DNA of 64,000 nucleotides from Podarcis muralis. Its lineage: Eukaryota. Under the pieces are notes generated by a model, which saw nothing but the letters and a program-made list of their open reading frames with translations, was not told where the DNA came from and made no database searches. Shown piece after piece: positions 11,251 through 23,900 of this stretch (position 1 is the first letter of the stretch; every line of letters begins with the position of its first letter). The stretch covers positions 31,000,001-31,064,000 of the forward strand of contig NC_135668.1 in assembly GCF_964188315.1 (NCBI RefSeq). Reading direction: 5' to 3'. The translations under genes and the position numbers were made by a program.

Positions 11251-14200
11251 TTTTCCCACTTTTAAATCATCCAATACCTTGTATCCAAACTCTTCTTCCT
11301 GACAGGAAATGATTTTTTAAAACATAAAAATATAAATTCTGCATATTAAAAGTGCATACAAATAAATAAAAGGCATTGACACAGTCTCATGCACTTGCCG
11401 TCAAATAAGTTAAAACCCTCTTATGGTACATAGTAATGGTTCCACCCCAAGAAGAGACACAGCCTCCCTCCCAGAGTACTGTACAGTTTTAAAAAAAACT
11501 TAGAAATTCTTGATAGGAATAAGGGGGTGAGAGAGAAAGAGAGAGAGAGAGGAGGGAGGAAGCATCCTGTGATGTAACATGCAACTCCAGCTGTCAGACA
11601 GGAAAGCGTGTCCAGTGTTTGAGGCTCACAGTTTTTGGAATGGCACTGAAGACTCAGTTTTAGCCAAAGGTGAGACGAGGCACGACTGGTGAGCAGCAGC
11701 CGAGGAAATGAATTCTCTGGATACCACTTCCAGTTCTGGGGGCCCAGGATGCAAATGCAGCAAGTGCCACATTTAGTTTAATAATAATAATAAGAAGAAG
11801 AAGAAGTTAGAAAAGGCAAGAGGGAAGACTTTCCAAATTGCCTCTTGCAACCAGCCCCCACGTGCTGGGTTGCAGAGAATTCATTTTGGGCCCAATCAAA
11901 CCATTTCAGCACCCAGCATTCAAATCAGGTTGGCTTAATGCTTGTAAAAAGGAAAAAAAGTGGGTGTTGGAATTTACATTTCATCCTTCATTCTGTCAAA
12001 TCCAACCCCCTGCATGCTAATGGATTTTTGGTTTGTTGTGGTTTTTTTTACTGTTTTTTTTAATAATTAAGGAAAGCCATGTAGTACTTCCATCTCACCG
12101 CAGATTAGAACTAAATTTCAGTTGCTTCTGCAGATAATGTTAGACCCCTGACAAGTTGCTGCGGATTAACAGGCAAATGACAGCAAAGCCAAAAAGAGGA
12201 TTGCCCTTAACATGATTTGAACTGGCATTTCAAAACAAAAACGCTTCCTTGACTGCTGATGAGAGCTTCCAGAATGGTGGAAAAACCTCCTCCTCTTTCC
12301 CTTGCTCCCCTTCTTCCTCCTGTGCAGGAGCTGCCTGGGAGCTGTGGGTGGTGCCGATTTAAGGAGCAACGCCTCTCTTTGCAACAAAGCTCCGTGGAGC
12401 CTCGTTCCCAGAAACCAGAGGAGGTTCCTCTCAGACCTTCCCAGCTCTGCAGCCAGCTCTTCCTTGCACCAAAACGAAACTAAGGGGAATGGAGAGTCCT
12501 GCTTTGCCACCACTCACCCCTCCAAAAAGCTGGCTCCAGAGAAGCTGTGTTATGGTGGGGAAGGAGCCCTTCTGCCATCACAGATATCTGCTCCTTAAAG
12601 AGGCTGCCAGCTGCTAGCAGCATCCCTCAAATGGCTGGGAGCCCCTTTGAAAACAGCAGGTTGCTCACATCTGGAAACAAAAATGCACCCTCAGAAAGAA
12701 CAGAAATCACCTGCAACCTTTTAAATACTCCACAGTAACTTCCGTACCCCCTCCCCAGAAAAATCAGTAAACAAAAGAGCTGTACGAAGGAGAGGGTTGT
12801 GGGTGCCAGAAACTGGGACCCTTCAGCCCTTGGGCTGCTCCAGGGGTGGGCTGAGAACTCCAGTCTAAGCTTAGGTGGGCATCAGTTGGGCAGCAGCAGT
12901 GACAGGGGCAGCCTGGTTTAGCTTAGCTTTAGCTGCTTGCATAGTTAACATGGTCATGCGTGAGCGGGGGGGGGGGCAAAGGGAAGGGCCATGCATGTTA
13001 CCTTCATTGTGGGCTTTTTGGGGAGTGGGGGCAAGAGAGATAAGTGGTCAACCATGCTAAAGAAATTCAGCACTGCCAAGCAGAGAAGAGCCTACAAAAC
13101 TAGGTTAAATGTGTCTGGAACATGGAGGTTCACTCTCTACCTAAAATGATTAGTCCGACTCAGTCGCATTGAGCCATAGATACATCTGAAAAGACAGAAG
13201 CGAAAAGTGAGGTGCTTTGCCATGGCTGCAAAGAGTGGCTGTTGGCACCATCTCGCCCACCGAGTACAAGCAACATGAAGTCCAAGGTGCCTCTATAATA
13301 CAATCCCTTGGATATGTGCTTAGAATGTGCATACTAATTATAAACACTCTCCAAAAATCTAGCCCCAAAGGATGGGAAGCCTTCCGAGATGCAGAACTCA
13401 ACCTTCCTGCAACTAGAAGGGTGACTAGGTGTCATTCATGGAATTAGGAAGAAACAGGCTTTTGGGCCATCTGAATGGAGCTGGGTGTGCAGGGGAGCCA
13501 GGGAGGGGGGCTCAATTTCCTCCCTGTTCAGGGGAGCCTTGAATTAGTTACTCCACCAACCCCTACTCCCAAAGAGAACTGCAGAGCTGCATGTCAGGAG
13601 AGGCCTAAATTTAATCCCACGGTCCTCCTGGATCTAAACCAACTTGTCTGAAGGGAGATGAAATTGTGTCCTTTCTTTAAAAAGAAGAGACAGCGCTAAA
13701 GGCCTAGATGTCCGCTGAAGACCACAGGGTTGCGTCTCTTCCTAAATGAGGGGAGATCTGCTGGCCAATGAAAAACTGGCAACCAGCCCAACACAAGGAA
13801 GTGGCCAGGCCAAAGGAACAAAAAGGAAACCCCACCTCCACAAAGCTTAGCAAGGTCCCTTTGACAAAAGGGCAATGAAAGCAATCGCTCACCCCCACAC
13901 GTACCACTCAACACACACACTGCCAGTGGGGCAGGAGAAGGGGTCAAGGTTCATATCCCAGCAGCAGGGCCAGATTCACCAAGGCTGGCCTAAGGCATCC
14001 TGTGCCCATGGATCTCTCGTCATGTTTCATGGGACATGCTCGTCACCCCCAAGACAGTCCTTTCCCCAGGACAGAAACCAGACATTTTTCTTCTAACTGT
14101 AGTGCCTCACTACTTGAGAAAGAGGAACATCTAAAAGCAAAGGGGGTGAGCTTGGCAACCTAAGAACTGAGCACACAAATGCTCCTGTTTTAACCTACAG

Positions 14201-16349
14201 GTGGGCACAAGGGGTGGGGGTGGGGAGAAGGAGATGTGTTGTTGCCCCATAGCAGCCAAACTGCAGGCAGTGTGAGGAGGGGTTTTGCCAGGTGTCAGTT
14301 CCCATGGGGCTGCAGCCTACCTGTTCACAGCTCGGCAACTGGAAACACAACCCAGGTATAAGACGAATGCCTCACCTGCCACCTTTCAAGGCTGCCTGTG
14401 GCGCTCAGAAGCAGACCCAAAGACCCAAGATCCCTTGTTCCTAGGTGAGGAGGAGGAGATGATAACCTGGCTGTGCAGTGGGATCTACCACTTAGGGCCG
14501 TGGCAGTGTCAGCTCCAGCTGAACAAAGACAGGCCCAAGGCAGTGCAAAGGGAATAATAAACCATGGAAGGAGCTGCTGCATTCAGGGGCTGAAGTCTTG
14601 TTAACTAAACCTTCAAACAGGCAGAGGCTTCATGCCTCAGTGAGATGACATGGCCAAGGGAAGGAACCCATCTGCCGCCCAGCATTAAAAAAGACAAAAG
14701 GCACAGCTTGTCAGCAACGCCTCTGCAAAGTTCCCTGCTCAAGCCGAAGGCTGCAGGAGGCAAGCAGGCTGCCAACTCAGGGGCTGAAGCAGATGTGGGG
14801 AACCTCTGGGCCTTCAGAAACTGCTGAACTACAACTTCCATCACCCCAGCTGTTCAGTCATACTTGCCAGGGGCTGAAAGGAGTTGCAGCTCAGCATAAT
14901 CTGGAAAGCCAAAGGTTCCCCACACCTGTGCCGAAAGAAATGGCAACAAGCAGGTGGGCACTGTAAGCTCAAAATCCACTGAAAGATCATGGGAACAAGA
15001 GCAATGAGTGAGGGAGGGAAGAGTGCATGGAGGGAGTCATTGTACAGCTTGCCTGACAGTGAGGCACAAAGGTGCCCCCTCCCAAGGCTTCAGAGTGGCC
15101 ATTCATTGCCAAAGCCACATGGCAGATGAGGAGCAAGAAGAGTGAGGACCAAAGGATTTGAGGAAGGGCAGCAGGAGCCTAGTTCCAGCTAGGACTTACA
15201 AAAGCTCAAATGCCTCCTTCCTCCAGCATGGACTGCAGCAACAACTGATCCACAGCTCCGTAAAAAGAATGTGTGTGTGTGTGTGTGTGCAGTCAAGCAT
15301 TCTTCCATGTGGACCACAGAATATGCTCATCACACACACACACAACCTCCTTCCACCTAACCTGTGATGCGGCGATTGCTGCAGGGCAGGAGGTCAGACT
15401 AGAAGACCCTTTGGGTCCATTCCAATTCTACAATTCTACAATTCCATGAAGCACCCCCTTCCACTCTGCAGAAGTTCCAGGCCCAACCTGCTGATTTCCA
15501 GGCTGCCAACTGGTCCCTCCCTCTTTCGAGAAGACACCTCTGAACAGAGAAGAGAGTCAAGCAGGACAGACTCTTTTAAAAAACGAAAATTCCAAACATA
15601 CAGAAATCTGCTGGAATGGGAAAAAAAAAATCAGAAACAGACAGACACACTTAAAAGCAGACTTCTCTGACGTACACACATACACCCCTCTATGAGAGAG
15701 AATGCACCTTTCCCTCCAGAATCTTCTGTTCCCTCCAGTACTGGCTGAGCGCTTACCTGAGAAATAACATTAGCGTTGAGATATTGCCCTTTAAGAAGCT
15801 TGGGAAATGGGGTGTCGGGGGGGGGGCAGAAGGCGGGGGAGGAGACATGGCCTGGGGAGGAGGGACACACAGCAGAACAGGATGATCGTCTTGCTTTTCA
15901 CGGTTTCCCTTTGCAGCTCACAGAGCAAGGCTACAGCCTGCTCAGTGACACACACACACTGCAAGGAAGGGATAGAAGCGGTAGCTTTGCAACATGGACA
16001 CAGCTGGCCATTGACATAATCCAGAGTCCCTCTTCAGAGAGAAAAGTGGTAAGGCTCCCCAAGAAGGCTGCAGTTCTGCTGTGGGGTTGAGGCAGAGGGA
16101 AGAGAGAAGATGATGACAATGTCCTTTGGCGCGCACCCCCCCCCTCCCCACAAGCCCGCTACAAAATACCAGCGGCAGCCTGTAGTTATTTGGTACGATG
16201 GCGGAGTCGAAAGGCGCTTGAACAGTAGTCAAGTTTTCTTCAAACACATTAGGCACATGAACAAAAAGAAGCAAAGGAGGAAACCAACCCAATTGGATTG
16301 CAGGAGGAGGAGGAGGAGGAGCAGCAGCAGTAGCAGCAGCAGCAGCCAA
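11215..16349 (-). other. USP31: USP31 3' UTR (~5.1 kb, inferred)
   Basis: Runs from the stop codon to the poly(A) cassette; few transposable elements compared with the flanks. Confidence 0.6.
14790..14928. mobile_element. hAT-type short MITE within the USP31 3' UTR (relative at 42830-42967)
   Basis: cagatgtggggaacct...aggttccccacacctg TIRs with internal inverted arms. Confidence 0.75.
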
Positions 16350-17923
16350 TCACTGAGATTTCGAAGAGGCTGGCGGCGGCCGTGCAGAGGAGGGCATGCT
16401 GGGAGGAAGTTTGCGCAAGGCTTTGTCGGCTGCCTGCTTGCCACTGCTGGGCGACTGTGGGGGGTTGGCCTCCAGCTGGGAAGACTTGGATTTGCGGTTT
16501 GTGAGCAGCGAGTGTTTGGCAGGAGAGGGGTTGTCTTTTGCAGAAGTCGGGGTGGCGTTCGAGGGGAGGGCATTCGGAGGCTGGGAGGGGCTGCCGCTGC
16601 CGCCACCACCACTACCACTCTTCTCCAGCTTCTCCTCAAGCAAGTTCTTGCTGGCAGCTTTGGAGGAGCTGCTCGCCATCTTTTTCGACAGCATGGTGGT
16701 CTTGCCTAGGTCGGCCGACCTCCGGCTTTCCTTCTGGCGCAGGGCAGACTTGAAGAAAGAAAGCCCCTTTTCTTCCGACTTGCTGTCCCTCCTCAGGCTG
16801 GCACGGGGGGCGCCTGTGGTGGGCGAACGGAGACTGGCCATGGAGGAGCTGCGCACGTACTTGCTGTCCGGCCTCCTGCCCTCGCTCCGCGACTGGCTGA
16901 TCCGCGGGGAGCCCGTCCGCGAACCGGTGGTAACGCCAGCCTTGTCTGAGCTGAGGCTGAGCTTGGAGCCCTCCCTGCTGAGGCTGTGCTCCGAAGTCCT
17001 GTTTTTGCTCGTGGGGGTGTTGTGCCCCCGCACGGACGACCCCGAGGAGTTTCTTCTCGTTGCGGTGGAGGAAGAGGAGGAAGCAGGTTTTTGCTTCTGA
17101 TGCTCAGCAGAGGTGTTACTGGCAGCCTCTTGGCCCTTTGAGCCAGCCTCCTTCCTGCCCTGCCCAGAGGGGGCAGGAGAGCCGTGCCGCCCACTAGCCC
17201 GGCCAGAGTTCAGCTTGCTCCTGGTCCGGGACCCCTTCGGCAAACTCTTGGAGGGAAGGAGCGGGGCTGCCGGTTGGCAGGACACTGGGGAATCTGTCCT
17301 GCCTTTCCTGGAGCTTCTGTCTGACTCCAATGTGTCTTTGGGGTGGGCTGCCTTTTGGGGGCTGCTGTCTGCCTTGGACATTCCACTGAAGCTTCTCCCC
17401 TCCTTTACTGGAGAGCTCTCAACAGAATCACTCTGGTCAACAAAAGCGATCTGGTTGTTGTTATCGAAAGGATCCAGGGCAGGGCAGTTCCTGTCTGCCT
17501 GCGACAGAGTCTTGCTGTAGGAGTCCGCGCTCGAGCCTGGCTTTTGCCTGGGCGCTTCGTCTCTGAAGACGCCCTCCATGACTGCCAGGGGAGCTCTGCC
17601 TGCCGTGGGGTGCTCCTGCCGGCCGCTGCTCTCGCTGGACTCAATGTGGCTTCCAGAGAGACTCCTCAGGCTGCTAAAGCATGAGGTGGAGGCTTTGTCG
17701 TCCGCAGACTCCCCAATCCTCTCAAGGGTGGAAGCCGAGCTGTGAACCGGAGAGTCCCCAGAGAAGCGGGAAGGCGAGCTGGAGCGCATCTGCAGCTTCG
17801 CTGACAGCGACCACGAGGGGCGGATCCCGTTCTCGCTCACGGCCAAGGGGCTGGTCACGGAGGACCTGGAAGACAGGCTCTGGCGCTGGACACTCCTCAC
17901 AAAGGGGCGGGTGGAAAAGCCAC
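16350..17923 (-). CDS. USP31: USP31 exon 16, coding part (GGFSTRPFVRSVQ...PPPASSKSQ*)
   Basis: ccacag| acceptor at 17924; open to TGA at 16352-16350; Ser-rich disordered tail. Confidence 0.96.
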
Positions 17924-20900
17924 CTGTGGAGCACAGAGGAACATGATACCCAAATACACAAACAGAGCATGGACACATGCACAAGCAAGGAAGCCATCCT
18001 AAAATGCATTTCACTGATCCTTCCCCGCCCCCCGCCCCCCGCTTTTATAATTGCTTTCATACGTTGAGTTTGTGTGGCTCTGTCTATTTCATACAAGAAG
18101 CTACAATGCGTTTGTTTCGGGGGCACATTTCATTCTCCGATGTTTTAATTTGCATACTGTGTTTTGTCACAAGCTGCTTTGCAACCCAGATGCAGTGAAT
18201 AGCAGAGCGCACATTTTAAAACAAATGAAACACACACACACACACACAAACACACTCCTCCCGCTCTGGAAACTGTGCCAACATGGTAACTTCCTTGCCA
18301 ACCTATCGAAGCTCTTTCATGGGCTGAGAAATCAGGAGACCCTCCCCTGAAGGACACCCTGCTGCCAGGGGACAACTGAGGGTAGCAGCAGCAGCCAAAG
18401 CAATTCTCAGAAGGCAAACCATCAATGTAGAGTAAGTTCCTCCCGTATGTGTACTGAATACCAAGGGCCCAATGCAGCATCCATAATTCAGAAAAGCACG
18501 AATGCTGTCCACACCTCTTTCATTTGCTGGCAGGAGACAGGTGTGCTAGCACAAAGGTCACAGGGAACTTCCCCACTAGCCTCTGAGGAACGGTGCTGGG
18601 AAGCTGTTCATTCTGCAGGAGACATTCTCACTGCTCTCCCAGCTTTGAGCAGAACACTGCAAGGCCAAGGATGACCCAGGGGCAGAAGCTAGAGAAAGGG
18701 AAACTCCTCAGAAGAGGATACCTGCTCCCATCAGACATCAGAGGACAGACATACCTAAGCGCATGCCGGCACTGAGATGTGGAGAGAAACAAAGGCAGTG
18801 AAGACAAAGACCTGAAAATACCAGCAACATCCCTTTCTCCCTGGTTTCTGCTCATTTTCTGGAGGAAGGAATCCCCTGTTGCTGCTGGTTTTTCTGCCTC
18901 AGCACCCCTCTTCACAGTCCCTCAGGCAAAGCTGGTGACCCTCAGGGTGGCTGAGCTGCAGAGGAGGAACCCAGTGCTCTGCAAGGGCTCCCCTGCCATC
19001 AACATTCAAAGTGAGGTGTGGCAGAGCCACTCACCAACTGCACGCAGCCCTCACACTCACCGTCATCTTCGCTCCTTTCTCCCATCAGCTCCACTGACTC
19101 CGAGAGGGAGGCTAGGGAAGTGCGCCGGGAGGAGGCCGCAGAGGCAATGCTGGGCTGCTTGCTGCCTGGGAGTCGACTCACCCAGTGCTCACACAGAGAG
19201 GAGCTGGTGGAGCCTGTGGAAGCAGGAGGAAAAAGTGGGTAGCAATAAGCTTTCCTCTCATCATAACACTAGAACCCAAGGGGGTCCTTTAGTCAAGATG
19301 AACGTTGGGAGATTCAGTACAAACAAGAGAAACAACTTTTTCTTCACACGGCACATAACTAAATTATGGAATTTTCTACCACAGGAGAAAAAGATGGCCA
19401 CTAACTTGGATGCCTTTAAAGTGGGGATTGGACAAATTCATGGAGGAGAATGAGGCTACCAATATGGCTACTAGTCTCCATAGCTACCTTCAGAACCAGA
19501 ACCCCAGTTTCCAGCAGCAGGAGAGGACATCTTTCCCTGGTGTCCTCTTGCCTGTGGACCCTTCTCAGGGAAGGCACCTGGTTGGCCACAGTGGGATACA
19601 GGTGGGCCCTCTTGGGCCTGGCCCACTTGCAGCCAGGCTCTTCTGGTGTTTCTGTGGAAGCTGCAAAACCAGCAGCTGCTCCAGGCCATTACCTGCCACA
19701 GAGCTGTTGGCCGACCAGGAGGGAATGGCTGTCCGCCTCTGGTAGAAGAGGATATAAGCCGTCTGCTTGCACACCTCGTTCTCAGCCAGCTGCTGAACCT
19801 CACTATCATCGAAGCAGTACCACAGGCCATCAATGGAGTTCTTGCAATAGGCTGCGAGAGAAGGTGGCAGAGTTAGTTAGGGGGAAGGTGAGCAAGAGGG
19901 AGCCCTGCTGGGCCAGCAGCCGGAGCATGCCGGGGTCTACGTCACCCAGTCATGGCTCTCCTAAGACTCCACCACCCCAAAAAGATAGGAAAGAATTAAA
20001 CTGCTAGACTGTGCTGAGGGATGGGGGGCAGCATGTTTTGCCCCCTAAGGCCACCATGTAAAAAGACCCTTAAGGAAGCGCACCACCACTACGAGAGGGG
20101 GGCTGCTGGAGAGGCTCAGCTGAGCAGGCAAAGGCATTCTGAGCCATTGGCCATCTGCCCACTTGTTAACATCTTTGTCAGCAGAGCAAGTCATGGAGGG
20201 TGCAAGGCAGGAGCAGCATGGCAGTGAGCAGAGCCCAACCGGCAGCGCAGCCCAGTCACCTGTGTAGTGCCCGCCCTGCATGGTGCCATGGTGATTGCAC
20301 ACAGCATACAAGTCATAGACAAAGTCTTCTGGGTCTCTTCCCAGGCCGTAGGGGCGCCTCCAGGGGGACCAGTGGGACGGCAGGCTCCAGCTGCTCTGAC
20401 TTCGCTTGACCACATGTGGCGTCATGTCCAGACCAATCAGAGGGAACCTGACCATGTTCTGAAGCTTCATCCTTCTGTCTCCTTCCTGTTGAAAGGGGAA
20501 ATGCAGGTTGCAACCAGCACAGAGAAGTGTGTGCTGGAGGCGCCACATCAGCACCCAGCACACACAACTCCCCTCCAGCCCCAGAGGCTGCTTGGGCAAA
20601 GGCAAGAATGAAACCATGCCAAAGAGGAGGAGTTCAGCACACGCAAGGCTGGCCCTTTTAGTTGATCAGACAGGGCTCTCCTCACAGCGGAGGAAGCCAC
20701 AATGCCCCTGCATGAAAACAGCCCACATGACTAAGGAATCACTGGGCCACTGCAGTAATCCAAGCAGAGCCCTGGCTCCTGAGTTCCCTCCAGCCCAGCA
20801 AGCAAGCCTCCTTTCACCTGTCGAAAGCGCTTCAGGTGAATGATGAGGACGTCAGGCAAAGTCCAAAGGCTCAGCGTGATGCTTCCTTGCTGCAGCTGCT

Positions 20901-23900
20901 TACAGTGGGGGCAACGCCATGCATCGTCCGGGGCCAGCTAACAGCAAAGAGAGGAGGGTGCTATTAGACAGATAGGCACACACGCGCGCGCACACACACC
21001 CCTGGCATATGCCATGAACATCCACTCTTTATAAAGGAAGAAGATAAACACAAGAAATGCTTCTTGCCCTGCATCATAAGACCCCAGAGAAACATGTTTA
21101 GTTATCGCCTCAATATACTCCATTCTAGTTGTTATCACAAGTATTCCTATGAGACAACTGTATGTTTTATACAATGAACAACAGCAGGCAAAGCAGCTGT
21201 GCCATGACCAGCTCCCAGCCCAACATGTGCCTGCCACACTTTTAGGAGACAGAAAGCCAAAGCAGACCAATCACACATGGAAGAGGCAGCCTTTGAAGGC
21301 ACACAGAACTACGAGGGTCTCTCTGACCACTCATGACGCAACGAGGGACCTCCTGGCCATATCCAGGAAGGGATATTTGGGGAAGAGCCATAACAGTAGA
21401 GCACCTGCTTTGTACACAGATATCCCAGGTTCAATCTCCAGTAATAGCATCTCCAAAGGCGGCTGGGAGAGAGAGACCCCTGCCTGAAACCCTGGATAGC
21501 TGCTGCTAACCAGCATAGACAATGCTGAGCTGAATGGGTACAACTCGGTATAAGACTGCTTCCAGTGCTGCTACTGACAGGTCACTGAATCTCTCACCTG
21601 TTCCTCTTTGGTGTAGAGCTGGAAACACTGTGATAAGGTGCAGGACTGAGGCTGGTGGTGGAGCTCCCTCTGCTGGCGGACACTCTCGGCATCCGGGATA
21701 TATTCATCCTCTGTGTTGACGAACAAACTGCAACAAAGAAATGCAGCATTTAACAATTCCTGTGCTTGCAGGCCGACTAGCAAAACACACAAGTGGGGTG
21801 AGGCTGCCTGCTAACCTTCTTGGGAAGCACTCTTGGGCAGGTGACTGGCAGGTTGTAAATTAATCTACTGAGTGTGCAGAAGATAGATCGGAATCTACCG
21901 TGAAATCCCCAGGCAATTAGATCAGAAAAGGTTTCTGACTCCACTGTTTAACAACAGCAGCAGCAAAATGACTCCTTACCCCAATTAATACTACATACAT
22001 AACGAGAGCTTGGAGGAACCATGAGTGGATTTGCATGTAGAGAGACTGAGTTCTGTTCAGTTCCGCTATGTTGTAAAAACATACAAGCAATAAAAAATTC
22101 CTCGCCTCAGAGTTCTATCTTTTGCAGAAGATGCCTTCTGCACTCAGCTCATGTTGGAGAATCTCAGGGTTATGGTAAAAATGGATCCCACAAGCTTTGA
22201 GGAATGCCCAGCCCTGTTCTGGGAAGCAACTAAGGACACACACACAAAAACCTGCTTAGGCAAGCCTAGAGCAGCAGGAAGTCCCTAGAGCAGCAGTCAT
22301 GTGGGAAAGGGAGTTTCAAACCACAGCCTGCCAGGAGCCCACCCCAAAGTCCCAAATGGAACATGATGCTTACTAGTCTTTTGTCTCCTTGTCCCACTCT
22401 ACAACCAGCTTCACGTGAGGAGTTCCGCCTTGCCCACATGACTTCAGGGCCCTGCAGAAAACACACCACAATCACTCAAAGTCTTTCAAAAAGCAACAAT
22501 ACGTATGCTAGTCACTAGCACCTTTCTTTCTCTCTCACTCTCACCCCCATAAAGAACCTGCCAAACCCATCAAGATATCCCACAACAGGAACCAGCTGAG
22601 TTCAGGGGCTTGTCCTTCAGACCAAAGGATGCCACCTTTACCAGCCTACTAAAGAAGCAATAGCCACTCCATAGGAACAGTTCAAGAGATGACATTACAG
22701 GAAAGTTTCCCTCTAGTTTATTCTGCTCCTTATTGGTAGAGCATGAGACTATGAATCGTGGGGTTGTGGGTTCGAGCCCCACGTTGGGCAAAATATCCCT
22801 TGGACTAGATGACCCTCATGGTCCCTTCCAACTCTACAATTCTATGATTCTCTCTCCAGGACAAGCAGCAATCCAGGCAGAAACAGCTTGAGAGCAGCCA
22901 GCTCCTAGGAGAAGCGAGGCCTGCAGGAGAGCCCAGAAGCTCCATTGGTGCCTGTCAGACCGAAGTAGCTCTCGGCAGGTGAGATGCCGCCCCCTTCCCC
23001 ACCAGAGTAAAATAAGCAAATCCCCATGCCCTGAGGCCCCGCACCCTCCACAAACAAGGAAACCACACTCACCGCTCCACCATTAGGTGGCACAGAGGCC
23101 GCTCTTCCTGAGGTAACAGGTAAGTTATGCCCACAGCGCTGACCACTCGCAAGCTGAACGGACAAACCTACATGGCAGGGGAGATGAGAAGAGCAGTTGC
23201 GAGGGGGAGATGGTGAGGAGAGGACAGGTGGGGAAAGAGACTCCTAGTTGGGCACACAGCTGGCATGCACTTGTCCCCAACAGGTGTGCCCACCTGCCCT
23301 TTGGCACATGCTCCTCCAGTGCAGCATGGGCCAGAAGACACATATCATCAGCCTGGCTCATCCACCCTGAGCGGGGACTTTTCTCTTCCTCTCTTCGCTC
23401 TCCAGCAGATGGAAAGCAAGAGCAGGAACTTCACAAGGCACAACCAGCTGCACTCTTGACAATGAGTTTATTGAGCAACCGGCAATGTAAGCAGCAATAT
23501 TGCTATTTACTTAGCACCACAATTAGACTGGCTTTTTACAGCAGCAGCTCTCAAATGCACATAGACATGCTGAAAGACAAAGCAAGGTGTAAAGAGGGCC
23601 CAGTTCCAGGCAGCCTTACCTGGACACAGGCTGAGGGCCGCAGGTAATACTGCATCTTCTCCAGGATCTCCTTCTGCAGTAGGTCCCAAGGAATCGTCTT
23701 CTCCAGATGGAGCACAAAGGGCTGGCCAAATCTGCAGATAAAGAGCAAGGCCATGAAGGGACCAGCAGCTCTTTCTCACTCCCACCATTAAAAATTTTAT
23801 TTACTTAAGGCATTTCTATGCCGCTTAATCGTTAGCATTTCTAAGCAGAGCACATAAAAAATAAACAGCAGAGAATAAAGCAATAGAAGTTCACCGAAGA

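Noticed and set aside
16110-18126. Several 130-230 aa overlapping ORFs in other frames and strands
   Set aside because: Shadows of USP31 exon 16 and its triplet repeats.
18779-19453. 224-aa plus-strand ORF
   Set aside because: A composite of intron, antisense exon 15 and a CR1 fragment.
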